This document shows, piece by piece, positions 55,167 to 64,000 of a stretch of 64,000 nucleotides of DNA. How positions within the stretch are numbered: the stretch's first letter is position 1; each line of letters begins with the position of its first letter. Origin of the DNA: a virus (lineage: Duplodnaviria; Caudoviricetes). Made by a program: the position numbers and the translations under genes. The stretch is from the IMG/VR virus record IMGVR_UViG_3300046787_000352, positions 2,050 to 66,049 of that record; one strand, 5' to 3'. The notes beneath the pieces are model-generated. The model saw nothing but the letters and a program-made list of their open reading frames with translations. It had not been told where the DNA came from and did no database searches.

Positions 55167-58100
55167 ATGGCCAAATTCCTGCCCCTGCCTAACGGTTCTA
55201 AACTCGAAGTGCCACCTGGCATGTCTGACGATGAGGCCATGCGCCTTGCGCGCAAGCAGTTCCCGGACCTTTTCCCCAAACAAGGCGGCGTAATGGGGGC
55301 CGTGGGCAAAGGCTTCGAGTCAACCTTGTCTGGTATGCAGACGGGTATTGGTGCCCTGTTTAATCCAGAAGAAGCAGCTCGCGCAGGTGCAGAGCGTGGC
55401 CAAGACATCAACAGCCGCTACGCTGAAGAAGTCAGCTTCGACAAAGTCCGTGAAGCCTACGATAAGAACGGCATCCTCTCCGCCGCGCGCGAAGCGCTTG
55501 GTCAAGTTCCCAAAGCAATCGCTGAGCAAGCACCCAATATGGCTGCCACACTTGGCAGTGCGCGCCTCGGCGCCATGGCGGGTTCACTTGCAGGCCCAGC
55601 AGGTACAGTCGTTGGTGGTGTGGCCGGTGCGCTGGCCCCGTCCCTCTTGCAGCAGTTCGGTGGCAACATTGAGCGTCAACAGGCCGAAGGCGTCCCAATC
55701 AATCGTGGTGCTGCCGCTGCGGCCGCAGTCCCCCAAGCCGCGCTGGATGCCGCTGGTACCTTTATTCCTTTGGGTGGCCAACTGGTAAGCAAGCTGACAG
55801 GCATCCCAATCAAGGGTCTGGCCAACAAGGGTGCAGCCAAACTGGCTGACGAGTCTCTCAAGAAGACGTTGCTCAAAGGTACGGCCGTTGGCGCCTTGGC
55901 TGAAATCCCCACCGAAATCACACAGCAGATGCTTGAGCGCGCGCAAGCCGGCCTGTCCTTGACCAGCCCAGACGCTCTGAAAGAATACGGCGAGACCGCA
56001 TACCAAGTTGGTCTGTTGGCGCCCATCGGTGCCGTCGGTCGCTTCTCGGAGAAGGGCGCAGCCCGCCAACAAATCGCTGACGAGCAAGACGCCAAAGACA
56101 TTGCCGCTGCGGCCGCCGAGGAAGAACGCAAGAACCAGCCCGAGTATTTGCAGAAGCTGTCGGCCGACTTCACCGCTGCGCGTTCACAGATGCAGGACCT
56201 CAACGACCGCATCGACGCAGCCGCCCCACCCAAGAAGCCCGGCAAGAACGCCAAGCCCGAAACAATTCAGGCGTACAAGGCCGCGCGCGCAGCGTATACC
56301 CCTGCTCAGGAAGCCGAGTACAACGAAGCCAAGATGGCCAAGGACGAACTGCTGGGCACCTTCGCCCCACTGCGTGACGAGTTCAATGCGCGCCGCGACC
56401 AGATCAACGAGATGGAGCAGCAGCGCATGAGCGCCATGGAGCAGGAGACTGCCCAGAATCAACCGACAGCCGCCGGAGCAATCCCCAACGCTGACCCACA
56501 ACGAAACGTCGTTGACCTCATGCAGCGTCACGACGCCATGGGTACTCAGCTGGATGACCTGCAAACACAAGCCGCAGAAGCAGCGAAGGCTGGCGACACG
56601 GCCACCATCCTGTCTTTGACTCCGCAGATCAACGCGCTCAAACAAAAGCAAGCCAGCGCGGCCGAGATCATCACACAGATGGGCGGTTCTACCGCCCCAA
56701 CAAAAGAACTGGCCGTCATCGCCGAGAAACAGTTGGCCGATGCACAAGCCAAGATGCTCGCGACACAAAAGGAGCTCATCAAAGCCGCTGAGCTAGGCGA
56801 TACCGCTGCGACCGAGAAGTTGGCTAAGCAGTTTGATGCAGAGAAGCTGAACATTCAAGCGCTGCAAGACAAGACTGCCAAGCAAATGCAGTTGCGCACA
56901 GTTGCTGAAACACCCGCCGGTGAAACGCCAGGCATGTTCGGCGCCCAAGAGAAGCCAGATGAAGTGAAAGCCACTGAGGTCTTGAAAGGCGAAGCCGAGC
57001 GCGGTCTCTATGGCCCAGAAAGCAAAGCCGAGTCGGCCAAGCAAGCGTTCACCGAAGCAGAAGTTGGCCCACGTGGCCAGCTCGAAACTGCACCTGTGAT
57101 GCAGAAGGTCAAGAAAGACAAGGATACGCTCGCCCTGTTCGGTAAAGAGAACCTCGTCAAGACCACGCTGGCTAACCGCGAGTTTGAAAATGGCCCGTAC
57201 AAAGAAGTCACACTGGACGAGCAAGGTCAGCGCAACGTCGAGCGTGAGCGCGTCTTGCGTTTGTTGGAAGACCGTTTTGGTTTGGGCGGCGAAGACAAGA
57301 TCACCGAAGGTCCGTTCAAAGGCGAGACCACGCGCAGCGTGCAGTCCACCCGCATGTATGAGCACCCCATGTTCAAAAAGACCATGGAAGAGATTCAGAA
57401 GCACAAGGACAAGGTCGAAAAGAAGCAGCGCAACGCCAAGAAGTCTTTGTTGGACCAGCTGTATGAGCACGCCAATACATACAACTACATCCACGAGCTG
57501 CAAGGTGGCAACAAGAAGACCGGCGCAGCCGAGTCTCCAATCGCTGCTGTCGCTGACCAACTGGTGAACTTGGCTCCTCCTGCGCAATTCGTTGCGGGTT
57601 TGGAGAAGAAGACACCATACACGTTGGGTCTTGCCAAAAAATCGGCTCTGACAAAATACGAAGCGGTGTTGGCCAAGATCGAGATGGAGCGCAACGCCAT
57701 CGAGAAGCTGTACAAGAACTTGCACAGCGCAGTCGTGAAGATCACCCCACTTGAGAAAGTGGAGTCTGTGCGACAGAAGAAAAAGGACCTGTTGGCTGCA
57801 CAACCAAAGCCCGTCGTGTCGAAGGCCGCCAAGGAAGTCAAGCGCATCAACGAAGGTGACGTGGCCAAAGAAGCGTCTGAGACGCAGACCATGCGTGACT
57901 TGGCCTACATGCTCGGCATGGACACAGACGTGTACGCTCGCGCCAAGAAGCAGCTCGCACAGCGTGGCAAGAAGATTGCCGACCAGCACACCAAGGACTC
58001 AAACGAGTATCGTGAGTTCATCGACTTGGCTCGCCCAGACCTGCGCAACATTGCTGAGCGTGAAGGCGCCAAGACAGACGAGTACAAAGAAGCGCTGGCC

Positions 58101-61100
58101 GAACAGACTGAGTCGCTGAAGAAGTCATATCAGTCCGCCGGCAAGCAAGAGCTGAAGTCGAAGCGTGACAAGTCACCGGTGATGCGCAAGCAGTCCGCTG
58201 CACCTGAGCGTTTTGTGACTGGCTCCCCTGAGAGCAAGGCTCGCGCTGCCGAAAAACAAGCTCGCTACATGCAATCGCTGAACGACGCCTACGAAGCCAT
58301 CCAGTCTGAGAACGACGGCACCTATGGTGAAGGCAACTGGCGCACAGCCCCACGCACTCAAGGCATCAAGCTGGACGAAGCACAGAAAGTCATCGACGGT
58401 TTGAAGTTGCCCAAGGGCATCAAGTTCGTCTACGCCGAGTCGCTGGACGATGCCCCCAAAGAGTTCTACATGGAAGCTGCGGCCCAAGGCTTGAAGCACA
58501 TGGACTTGCTCGACAAGAAGGGTGTGGTCTTGAAGGACGGCACAGTGATTGTCATCGGTGCGCACCACGCCAACGTCAAAGACCTCGAAGCCACCATCGC
58601 TCACGAGTTGATCGGCCACTACAGTGTTCAAGGTTTGCTGGGCAAGAAGGGTATGGCCAACTTGATGGAGACCATCGACACCCAACAGGGTGGCGTGCTC
58701 AAGCTCGCCGATGACCTGGGCGTTGGTATCCAAGTGCGCAACGCGATTGCCGAAGCCAAAGAAGGCGGCGCAAGCGATCTCGACTCCCGCTTTGTCGGCT
58801 TGCAAGAGATGCTGGCCTATGTTGAAGAACAGCGTGTGACCGAGGATTTCTTGGCTAAGGCCAAGCGCTTCATGAAAGAGATCGTCGGCGCTGTGCGCAA
58901 GGCGTTCCGTGACATGGGCCTCCTCAACACAGCCGAGCTCAGCACCAGCGACATGTACAAGCTGTTGCGCGACGCACGCAAGCAATTCAACGAAGGCAGC
59001 ACCGGCGCATACCGTGACCCCAACGGCGGCTTGCTGTTCCGCAGCGGCGCCAAGAGCACGGCCAAACACAGCATCACAGCCAAGCCATCCACGCTCAAGG
59101 ACAAGATCAAGGCAAACTTCTTTGGTCTGGGCGCACGCCAGCAGTTCGTGGACAGCTACGCTTCGATCGACTCGGCCATCCGCGCCGGCATGGACAAGAA
59201 TATGCTGACCTCCATGGAGGGCGAGCAAGCCATGTACTACCTGCGCTTCACTGAGCAGCGTAGCCAATACGTCGGCCAGTTCGTGACGAACGGCCCCGTG
59301 TCGCTTGAGTCACAGAAGACACCACGCGGCACCGAGTACGTGTTCAAGTCCAAGAAAGGCCCGACCTTGATGAAGGTCGCTGAGCTCGCCGGCAAGTCTG
59401 GTTTGGGCAACGAAGCCACCATTGAGGACTACCTGACCTCCTACCTCGTCGGCCAACGTGCCAATGCTGTGGGCTGGAGCAAGCTGGGCAAGAGCGAGAA
59501 GGAAGCTCGCGCCGCTTACCAAGAAGTTATGGGTAAGCTGGCCGCCAACCCCAAGGCCAAGACAGCGTTCGAGGCAGCGGCCAAAGAGTACAAGGCATAC
59601 AACGACGGCCTCATTGACTTCTTGGCGCAGTCCGGCGCGATCAGCCGTGGCAAAGCCGCTGAGTTGAAGTCCAAGCCATACGTGCCGTTCTATCGTGAGA
59701 AAGATGGCAACGTCGAGCTCGTAGTCGATGGTGAGTCTATCCTGCGCATCGGCAACATCAAGAACCAACCACAGCTCAAAGAGTTGCTGGGCGGCGATGA
59801 GAAGGTCATGCCGCTCTACGAGAGCGCTATGCAGAACACCGCCATGATTACGGACATGGCCTTGCGCAACATCAAGACCAAGAACACAGCGTACGCGTTG
59901 AAGAAGGTCGGCATCGTGAGCCGCGTCGGCGACGGCAAAGGCCCTGCTGACCCCAGCATCGTGCGCTTCTTCGAGCATGGCGAACCCAAATATGCGGTCG
60001 TTGACAAAGACGCCTTCGGCATCCCCGCTGAGCTCGTGGTCAAGTCCATGGAGGGCATCGCCACCACCATCCCCGCCGTCGTGCGTTTGATGGGCTACCC
60101 AGCTGACTGGCTGCGCCAGTTCGTGACCCGCAACCCAGCGTACGCTATCCGTCAGACCATTCGTGACCCGTTGTCTGCATGGCTCACCACCGGTACGGAC
60201 TCAATGCCTGTGCTCAGCTCTCTGAAAGAACTCAGCAAGATGGTGGGCGGCCGCAGTGCAGCTGAGACAAAGCTCATGGAGTCTGGTGCGATTAGCAGCA
60301 ACGTGTTTACAGGAGACTCCAAAGACCTGAAGACCTTCCTGCGCGACATCTCTGCTGGCAAGTCTGGTTGGGAGAAAGCCATGGCCAAGCTCGACGCCTT
60401 CGCTTTGCAGGGCGATTCGGCTACCCGCGCGGTGATCTACAACGAAGCGATCAAGCAAGGCATGACCGAGATGCAGGCCCTGACCCGCACGCTGGAGTCC
60501 ATGAACTTCTCACGTCGCGGCTTGTCACCCAGCATGCAGGTGCTCTCCACGCTCATCCCGTTCTTCAACGCACAGATTCAAGGTCTGGACGTGCTGTATC
60601 GCGCCTACAAAGGCCAGATGCCGTTCGAGAAGCAACTCCAAGTGCGTGAGAAGATGTTGAAGCGCGGCACCATTCTGGCAGTTGCCGCCGTGGCCTACGC
60701 CGCGCTCATGCAGGACGACGAAGCGTACAAGAACGCCAAGCCCGAAGAACGTTATGGCAACTTCTTCCTGAGCATCCCGGGCATCGACGAACCGATGCGC
60801 GTGCCACTGCCGTTCGAATTGGGCTACATCTTCAAGGCGCTGCCCGAGGCGATCTACAACATGGCAGTCGGCGACGAGAAGGCCAGCAACGCCATGGCCG
60901 GTATCGGTAAGCTGTTCGCTCAGTCCAACCCGTTTGGTCTGCCCCAAGCCATCAAACCAGCGACCGAAGTCATCCTCGGCAAGTCGTTCTACTCAGGCGA
61001 CATCGAGTCGGCACGTGACAAGCAAGTGCTCCCCACCGAGCGCTACCGCGACAACACGTCTGAGCTGAGCAAGATTATCGGCAGCGTCACAGGCGAAGTG

Positions 61101-61610
61101 GGCCTGAGCCCCGTCAAGCTGGACTACCTGATTCGCGGTTACTTCGGTAGCCTGGGCGTTGCATTGGCCCAGATCGCCAACCCAGTTCTGGCCGCGACAC
61201 CTGAGAAGGAAGTGGCCAAACCAAGCACCAAGGTCAGCCAGATGCCAGTCATCGGTTCGCTTTTCCAACCCATCGAAGGTCGCGGCCCAGTGGACGAAGC
61301 CTACGCCCGTATGGAGGAAATCAAGCAAGCCAAGGGCACCTTCACACGCTTGGTCGAGCAAGGCAAACAAGCCGAAGCCCGTGCGTTCGCTCAGCAGTAT
61401 TCGACAGAACTGGCCATGGCCAGCACATCCGGTGCCGTGTACAAGCGACTCGGCGAGCTGTCGAAGCAAGAGCGTGCGATCAAGGCCAGCGCCAACATGG
61501 ACACACCTCAGAAGGACGAAGCGCTCAAGCGTATCGCCGAGGCCAAGATCAAGTTGGCTCGGATGTTGACTCAGGCTTCCGACCGCGCCGCTGAAACAAA
61601 ACCCCAATGA
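55167..61610 (+). CDS. giant polyvalent (ejection-type) protein with a zincin-like motif and LPD38-like C-terminus
   Basis: N-terminal Gly/Ala hydrophobic region; AHELIGHY; PFFNAQIQG.D and P.PFELG.IFK..PE motifs. Confidence 0.75.
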   Translation: MAKFLPLPNGSKLEVPPGMSDDEAMRLARKQFPDLFPKQGGVMGAVGKGFESTLSGMQTGIGALFNPEEAARAGAERGQDINSRYAEEVSFDKVREAYDKNGILSAAREALGQVPKAIAEQAPNMAATLGSARLGAMAGSLAGPAGTVVGGVAGALAPSLLQQFGGNIERQQAEGVPINRGAAAAAAVPQAALDAAGTFIPLGGQLVSKLTGIPIKGLANKGAAKLADESLKKTLLKGTAVGALAEIPTEITQQMLERAQAGLSLTSPDALKEYGETAYQVGLLAPIGAVGRFSEKGAARQQIADEQDAKDIAAAAAEEERKNQPEYLQKLSADFTAARSQMQDLNDRIDAAAPPKKPGKNAKPETIQAYKAARAAYTPAQEAEYNEAKMAKDELLGTFAPLRDEFNARRDQINEMEQQRMSAMEQETAQNQPTAAGAIPNADPQRNVVDLMQRHDAMGTQLDDLQTQAAEAAKAGDTATILSLTPQINALKQKQASAAEIITQMGGSTAPTKELAVIAEKQLADAQAKMLATQKELIKAAELGDTAATEKLAKQFDAEKLNIQALQDKTAKQMQLRTVAETPAGETPGMFGAQEKPDEVKATEVLKGEAERGLYGPESKAESAKQAFTEAEVGPRGQLETAPVMQKVKKDKDTLALFGKENLVKTTLANREFENGPYKEVTLDEQGQRNVERERVLRLLEDRFGLGGEDKITEGPFKGETTRSVQSTRMYEHPMFKKTMEEIQKHKDKVEKKQRNAKKSLLDQLYEHANTYNYIHELQGGNKKTGAAESPIAAVADQLVNLAPPAQFVAGLEKKTPYTLGLAKKSALTKYEAVLAKIEMERNAIEKLYKNLHSAVVKITPLEKVESVRQKKKDLLAAQPKPVVSKAAKEVKRINEGDVAKEASETQTMRDLAYMLGMDTDVYARAKKQLAQRGKKIADQHTKDSNEYREFIDLARPDLRNIAEREGAKTDEYKEALAEQTESLKKSYQSAGKQELKSKRDKSPVMRKQSAAPERFVTGSPESKARAAEKQARYMQSLNDAYEAIQSENDGTYGEGNWRTAPRTQGIKLDEAQKVIDGLKLPKGIKFVYAESLDDAPKEFYMEAAAQGLKHMDLLDKKGVVLKDGTVIVIGAHHANVKDLEATIAHELIGHYSVQGLLGKKGMANLMETIDTQQGGVLKLADDLGVGIQVRNAIAEAKEGGASDLDSRFVGLQEMLAYVEEQRVTEDFLAKAKRFMKEIVGAVRKAFRDMGLLNTAELSTSDMYKLLRDARKQFNEGSTGAYRDPNGGLLFRSGAKSTAKHSITAKPSTLKDKIKANFFGLGARQQFVDSYASIDSAIRAGMDKNMLTSMEGEQAMYYLRFTEQRSQYVGQFVTNGPVSLESQKTPRGTEYVFKSKKGPTLMKVAELAGKSGLGNEATIEDYLTSYLVGQRANAVGWSKLGKSEKEARAAYQEVMGKLAANPKAKTAFEAAAKEYKAYNDGLIDFLAQSGAISRGKAAELKSKPYVPFYREKDGNVELVVDGESILRIGNIKNQPQLKELLGGDEKVMPLYESAMQNTAMITDMALRNIKTKNTAYALKKVGIVSRVGDGKGPADPSIVRFFEHGEPKYAVVDKDAFGIPAELVVKSMEGIATTIPAVVRLMGYPADWLRQFVTRNPAYAIRQTIRDPLSAWLTTGTDSMPVLSSLKELSKMVGGRSAAETKLMESGAISSNVFTGDSKDLKTFLRDISAGKSGWEKAMAKLDAFALQGDSATRAVIYNEAIKQGMTEMQALTRTLESMNFSRRGLSPSMQVLSTLIPFFNAQIQGLDVLYRAYKGQMPFEKQLQVREKMLKRGTILAVAAVAYAALMQDDEAYKNAKPEERYGNFFLSIPGIDEPMRVPLPFELGYIFKALPEAIYNMAVGDEKASNAMAGIGKLFAQSNPFGLPQAIKPATEVILGKSFYSGDIESARDKQVLPTERYRDNTSELSKIIGSVTGEVGLSPVKLDYLIRGYFGSLGVALAQIANPVLAATPEKEVAKPSTKVSQMPVIGSLFQPIEGRGPVDEAYARMEEIKQAKGTFTRLVEQGKQAEARAFAQQYSTELAMASTSGAVYKRLGELSKQERAIKASANMDTPQKDEALKRIAEAKIKLARMLTQASDRAAETKPQ

Positions 61611-61764
61611 GGCCGTCCTTGACCCCGATGGTGGCTCGGGTGTGAATCCGGAATGGGAGCGCAGCTTTTAGGCCGCGCTCCCTGACTCCGTGAACATCAA
61701 GCGTCGGGACGAAGAAGCTCTCCTGCGGCTGGAGCTTCTCCCAAGGGAAGTGAATCTTCATCAA
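61549..61764 (-). CDS. small conserved protein
   Basis: FPWEKL...SFFVP.LD; coupled to the primase gene. Confidence 0.55.
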   Translation of the reverse strand: MMKIHFPWEKLQPQESFFVPTLDVHGVRERGLKAALPFRIHTRATIGVKDGLIGVLFQRRGRKPESTSEPT

Positions 61765-64000
61765 TGGTGTCCTTTGGGCGGCTTATGTGCATCACGTTGA
61801 CTCGCATGTTGGGGCCGTTCGTGCGCGAGGTCATGTCCTTCTTGATGTAGGTCACGTGGTACTTCGCTTCGAGCTGCGTCTTGAAGTCAGAATACCCGAA
61901 GCTCATGGCCACGCAGTGCTGCTTCAACAGCTGCTCCTCGATGTAGTACTCGATGAACCCGTCCTTCAAGGTGTCATGCTCAACGCGGCCAAGCACCTTG
62001 TTGCGCGTCATCGACTTGTCCACCTCACCGTTGTCACCACGGAACGCTTGGAACCCGCCGTCGAGTTTCTTCACGACCACGAAGCTGCCGTAGTTGTCAC
62101 GGGTGTAGGCGTTCAGCACGTCCTCAGCGTTGCGCTGCGCACGGCCAATGATGCCACGAGCATGCTCAACCAGTTCGCGCAACGCATCCACTATGGCCTC
62201 GGTGGGCAGCGTGATGATGTCAGCGTACTTACTGCCGAGAAGAATCGAAGCCGCCACCGTGGTGGTGCAGGCCGCATGCCAGTAACGCTCGTCGTCCGAG
62301 AAGTTCATGGCCACTTTCAGCTTCTTGTGCACCTTGCTCACCATGGCACGGGCTGTGTCTTGGTTCTTCACCAACCAGCGAACCCACGCTTCACCCGCCA
62401 CGCCGTAGTTGTCGCGCATGGTCTTGATGATGTCGCGCTCGTCGTCAGTAAATAGCAAGGGTTTGTTGGGCGTCCACTCAAGCATACGCAGCATCTCACC
62501 GAACGAGCTGTGCTTGCGCGCGCCAGTCAACAAGTCGAACAAGTGAGTGTTCGATGTCATCGTGGCCGTCATGCACCAGCGGCTGTTGTTGATGCGCTCT
62601 TTGTTGGAGCCGGACTCCATACGCTCCTTACCTTGGCCCTCGGACAAGTCGAAGATCAGGGCAGGCACCCACTCCACGTCGTTGCGGCTCTTGGCCGTCA
62701 TCTCGTCCATGCTCAGGGGCAAACTGTTGAGCAAGCCAGCGCGTTGTTGCAGCGCCACCGGCGAAGTTCCTTTACCTGTTCGGTAATGAATTGGGTGTCC
62801 CCACACGCCAGACTTGGCGTTGAGCGTGAGCGATTTACCTGTGCCCGACTCAGTTGAGCCGATGTGCCAGACGAAGCCGTTGTAGTCCGTGAAGTTCATC
62901 AAGGTAGAGCCGAACGAGTCAACACACAGCGCCAACATCGTGTTCATCTTCTTGGTAATCATCAAGTCCCAATACTGACGCCAGCCGTTGAGCGAGCCCT
63001 TCTGCACTGTGACGCGGTTCAAGTTCTCCAAGCCCGGCATGGGAATGGTTGACTCCTTGCCGTCGGGCGTGAACACGCGGTTGCTGTACACGAAGGAGCC
63101 GTTCTCCTGCCAACCAAATTGCAGCGGAACAGAGATAGCACGTTTGTTCAATGAAGCCTCCTCCACACATGCACGCACGTAGTCGAACAGGTGCTTGTCG
63201 TTGCCTTGGCCGTAGGACGCGATGATGTTGTGGGCGGCCAGTGCTTTCACTGTCTCGTCCTTACTCACCACTGACTTCTGGAGCATGTCGATGGTCACGG
63301 GGCCTTCTGGGCGCAGCGCCATCATGTGAACGGTGTGCTCGCCTTCGAGCTTCAAGATGTCCACCACGAACAAATCGTAGGCCGTGATCTGCACTTCCTT
63401 GCTCGTCTCCTCGCCGTCAACCTTGTCCTTGACCGTGCGGTACACGCCGCCGAACTTGCCGAAGCTGAATCCACGTGGGGGCGATGGGCGTGTGACCGTG
63501 TAGCTGGTGGGTTGCGCGGCCAAGAGTTCTGGGTCAATCTCCTCGCCTTCTTCGGCAGGCACATCGACTTGTTGTTTTGGCACCACAATTTCTTTGGGTG
63601 CGTTGTCGGTCATCACCTCGCGGCCGAGGGCCAACGGGTTCGTGATCTTGCCGTAGTGTGGGCAGCTTTGGCAGACGCCAGGATTCTCGCTGTCCATCTT
63701 CAAGCACGCGTACGGGCCTTTGATTTCGCCGAGCTTCTGGTGCATACGGGCATCGTCGTACGGGTGCAGGCTGCTGAGCCAGATCGCGTGGTCAGGGCCG
63801 TCTTCGCACTTCTGCGTCCATGAGAGCAGGCCGCGCCAGATAGGCTCCATGCCGTCCTCGGTGGCGTTCTCAATGTAGTTTTTGAGCTGTGCGCACCCAG
63901 TGCCCTCGTTGGTCTTGTTCAGAATCAACTCGAACTTGGTGGCGCTGTTCTCCATGAGCTTGACGCCAGACTTACTGGGGGCCTGGTTGGGCTTCTGGCC
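61697..64000 (-). CDS. DUF927-type primase-helicase (5' part outside the window)
   Basis: Cys cluster (C...CLKM...CQSCPH), QFGW, Walker A STESGTGKS, MDEMT, GQGKER. Confidence 0.85.
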   Translation of the reverse strand, partial: GQKPNQAPSKSGVKLMENSATKFELILNKTNEGTGCAQLKNYIENATEDGMEPIWRGLLSWTQKCEDGPDHAIWLSSLHPYDDARMHQKLGEIKGPYACLKMDSENPGVCQSCPHYGKITNPLALGREVMTDNAPKEIVVPKQQVDVPAEEGEEIDPELLAAQPTSYTVTRPSPPRGFSFGKFGGVYRTVKDKVDGEETSKEVQITAYDLFVVDILKLEGEHTVHMMALRPEGPVTIDMLQKSVVSKDETVKALAAHNIIASYGQGNDKHLFDYVRACVEEASLNKRAISVPLQFGWQENGSFVYSNRVFTPDGKESTIPMPGLENLNRVTVQKGSLNGWRQYWDLMITKKMNTMLALCVDSFGSTLMNFTDYNGFVWHIGSTESGTGKSLTLNAKSGVWGHPIHYRTGKGTSPVALQQRAGLLNSLPLSMDEMTAKSRNDVEWVPALIFDLSEGQGKERMESGSNKERINNSRWCMTATMTSNTHLFDLLTGARKHSSFGEMLRMLEWTPNKPLLFTDDERDIIKTMRDNYGVAGEAWVRWLVKNQDTARAMVSKVHKKLKVAMNFSDDERYWHAACTTTVAASILLGSKYADIITLPTEAIVDALRELVEHARGIIGRAQRNAEDVLNAYTRDNYGSFVVVKKLDGGFQAFRGDNGEVDKSMTRNKVLGRVEHDTLKDGFIEYYIEEQLLKQHCVAMSFGYSDFKTQLEAKYHVTYIKKDMTSRTNGPNMRVNVMHISRPKDTIDEDSLPLGEAPAAGELLRPDA

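Larger units (their letters stand above)
1..64000. mobile_element. dsDNA tailed bacteriophage (podovirus-like), near-complete genome
   Basis: Terminase-portal-scaffold-MCP-tail-lysis-ejection gene order on +; PolA/helicase/primase replication genes on -; no host housekeeping genes; no tape measure or sheath gene seen. Confidence 0.95.

Noticed and set aside
52486-61607. Long antisense ORFs (52486..54015, 56793..57989, 58173..59267, 60993..61607 and others)
   Set aside because: Shadow frames of GC-rich, codon-biased sense genes; no RBS or recognisable motifs
55167-61610. Giant protein as an N4-like virion RNA polymerase
   Set aside because: No recognisable T7-like or multisubunit RNAP catalytic motifs by eye; the motifs fit a polyvalent/LPD38-type protein
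1-64000. tRNA/rRNA genes, integrase, alternative genetic code
   Set aside because: No cloverleaf or rRNA-like sequence noticed; long genes are intact under the standard code; no recombinase motifs seen

Overview
The window is almost certainly a near-complete (about 65 kb, inferred) dsDNA tailed-phage genome of the podovirus type, probably from an uncultured aquatic proteobacterial host (inference). It has two divergent arms that split at about 24.2-24.5 kb. The minus-strand arm (24173 down to 1, continuing from 64000 down to 61549) holds small early/accessory genes, a MoxR-type AAA+/VWA-metallopeptidase module, a family A DNA polymerase (Leu762 type), PD-(D/E)xK, VRR-NUC and HNH nucleases, an SNF2 helicase, a putative SSB and a DUF927-type primase-helicase. 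The plus-strand arm (about 24.6-61.6 kb) holds terminase, portal, a GroES-like co-chaperonin, scaffold, major capsid protein, many small basic proteins, adaptor/tail proteins, at least five fibre-like genes, a GH19 lysis cassette, a nozzle, ejection-type proteins, a GNAT and a 2147-aa polyvalent protein. No tRNA, rRNA, integrase, reverse transcriptase or CRISPR array was seen. The most notable unexplained signals are: (1) six copies of the palindrome GTGGGACA-N3-TGTCCCAC confined to the early region; (2) a ~350-nt G.T-rich long hairpin with a (TA)n core and CCCAC/GTGGG repeats in the same region; (3) an early protein whose N-terminus resembles the C-terminal coat-binding motif of the phage's own scaffold, within a four-gene paralogue array; (4) a recurrent [MFY]xxGGx[VI] motif across many virion-arm proteins; (5) two compact structured-RNA candidates in the late arm. 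All protein family calls come from motif recognition by eye, not from database searches.
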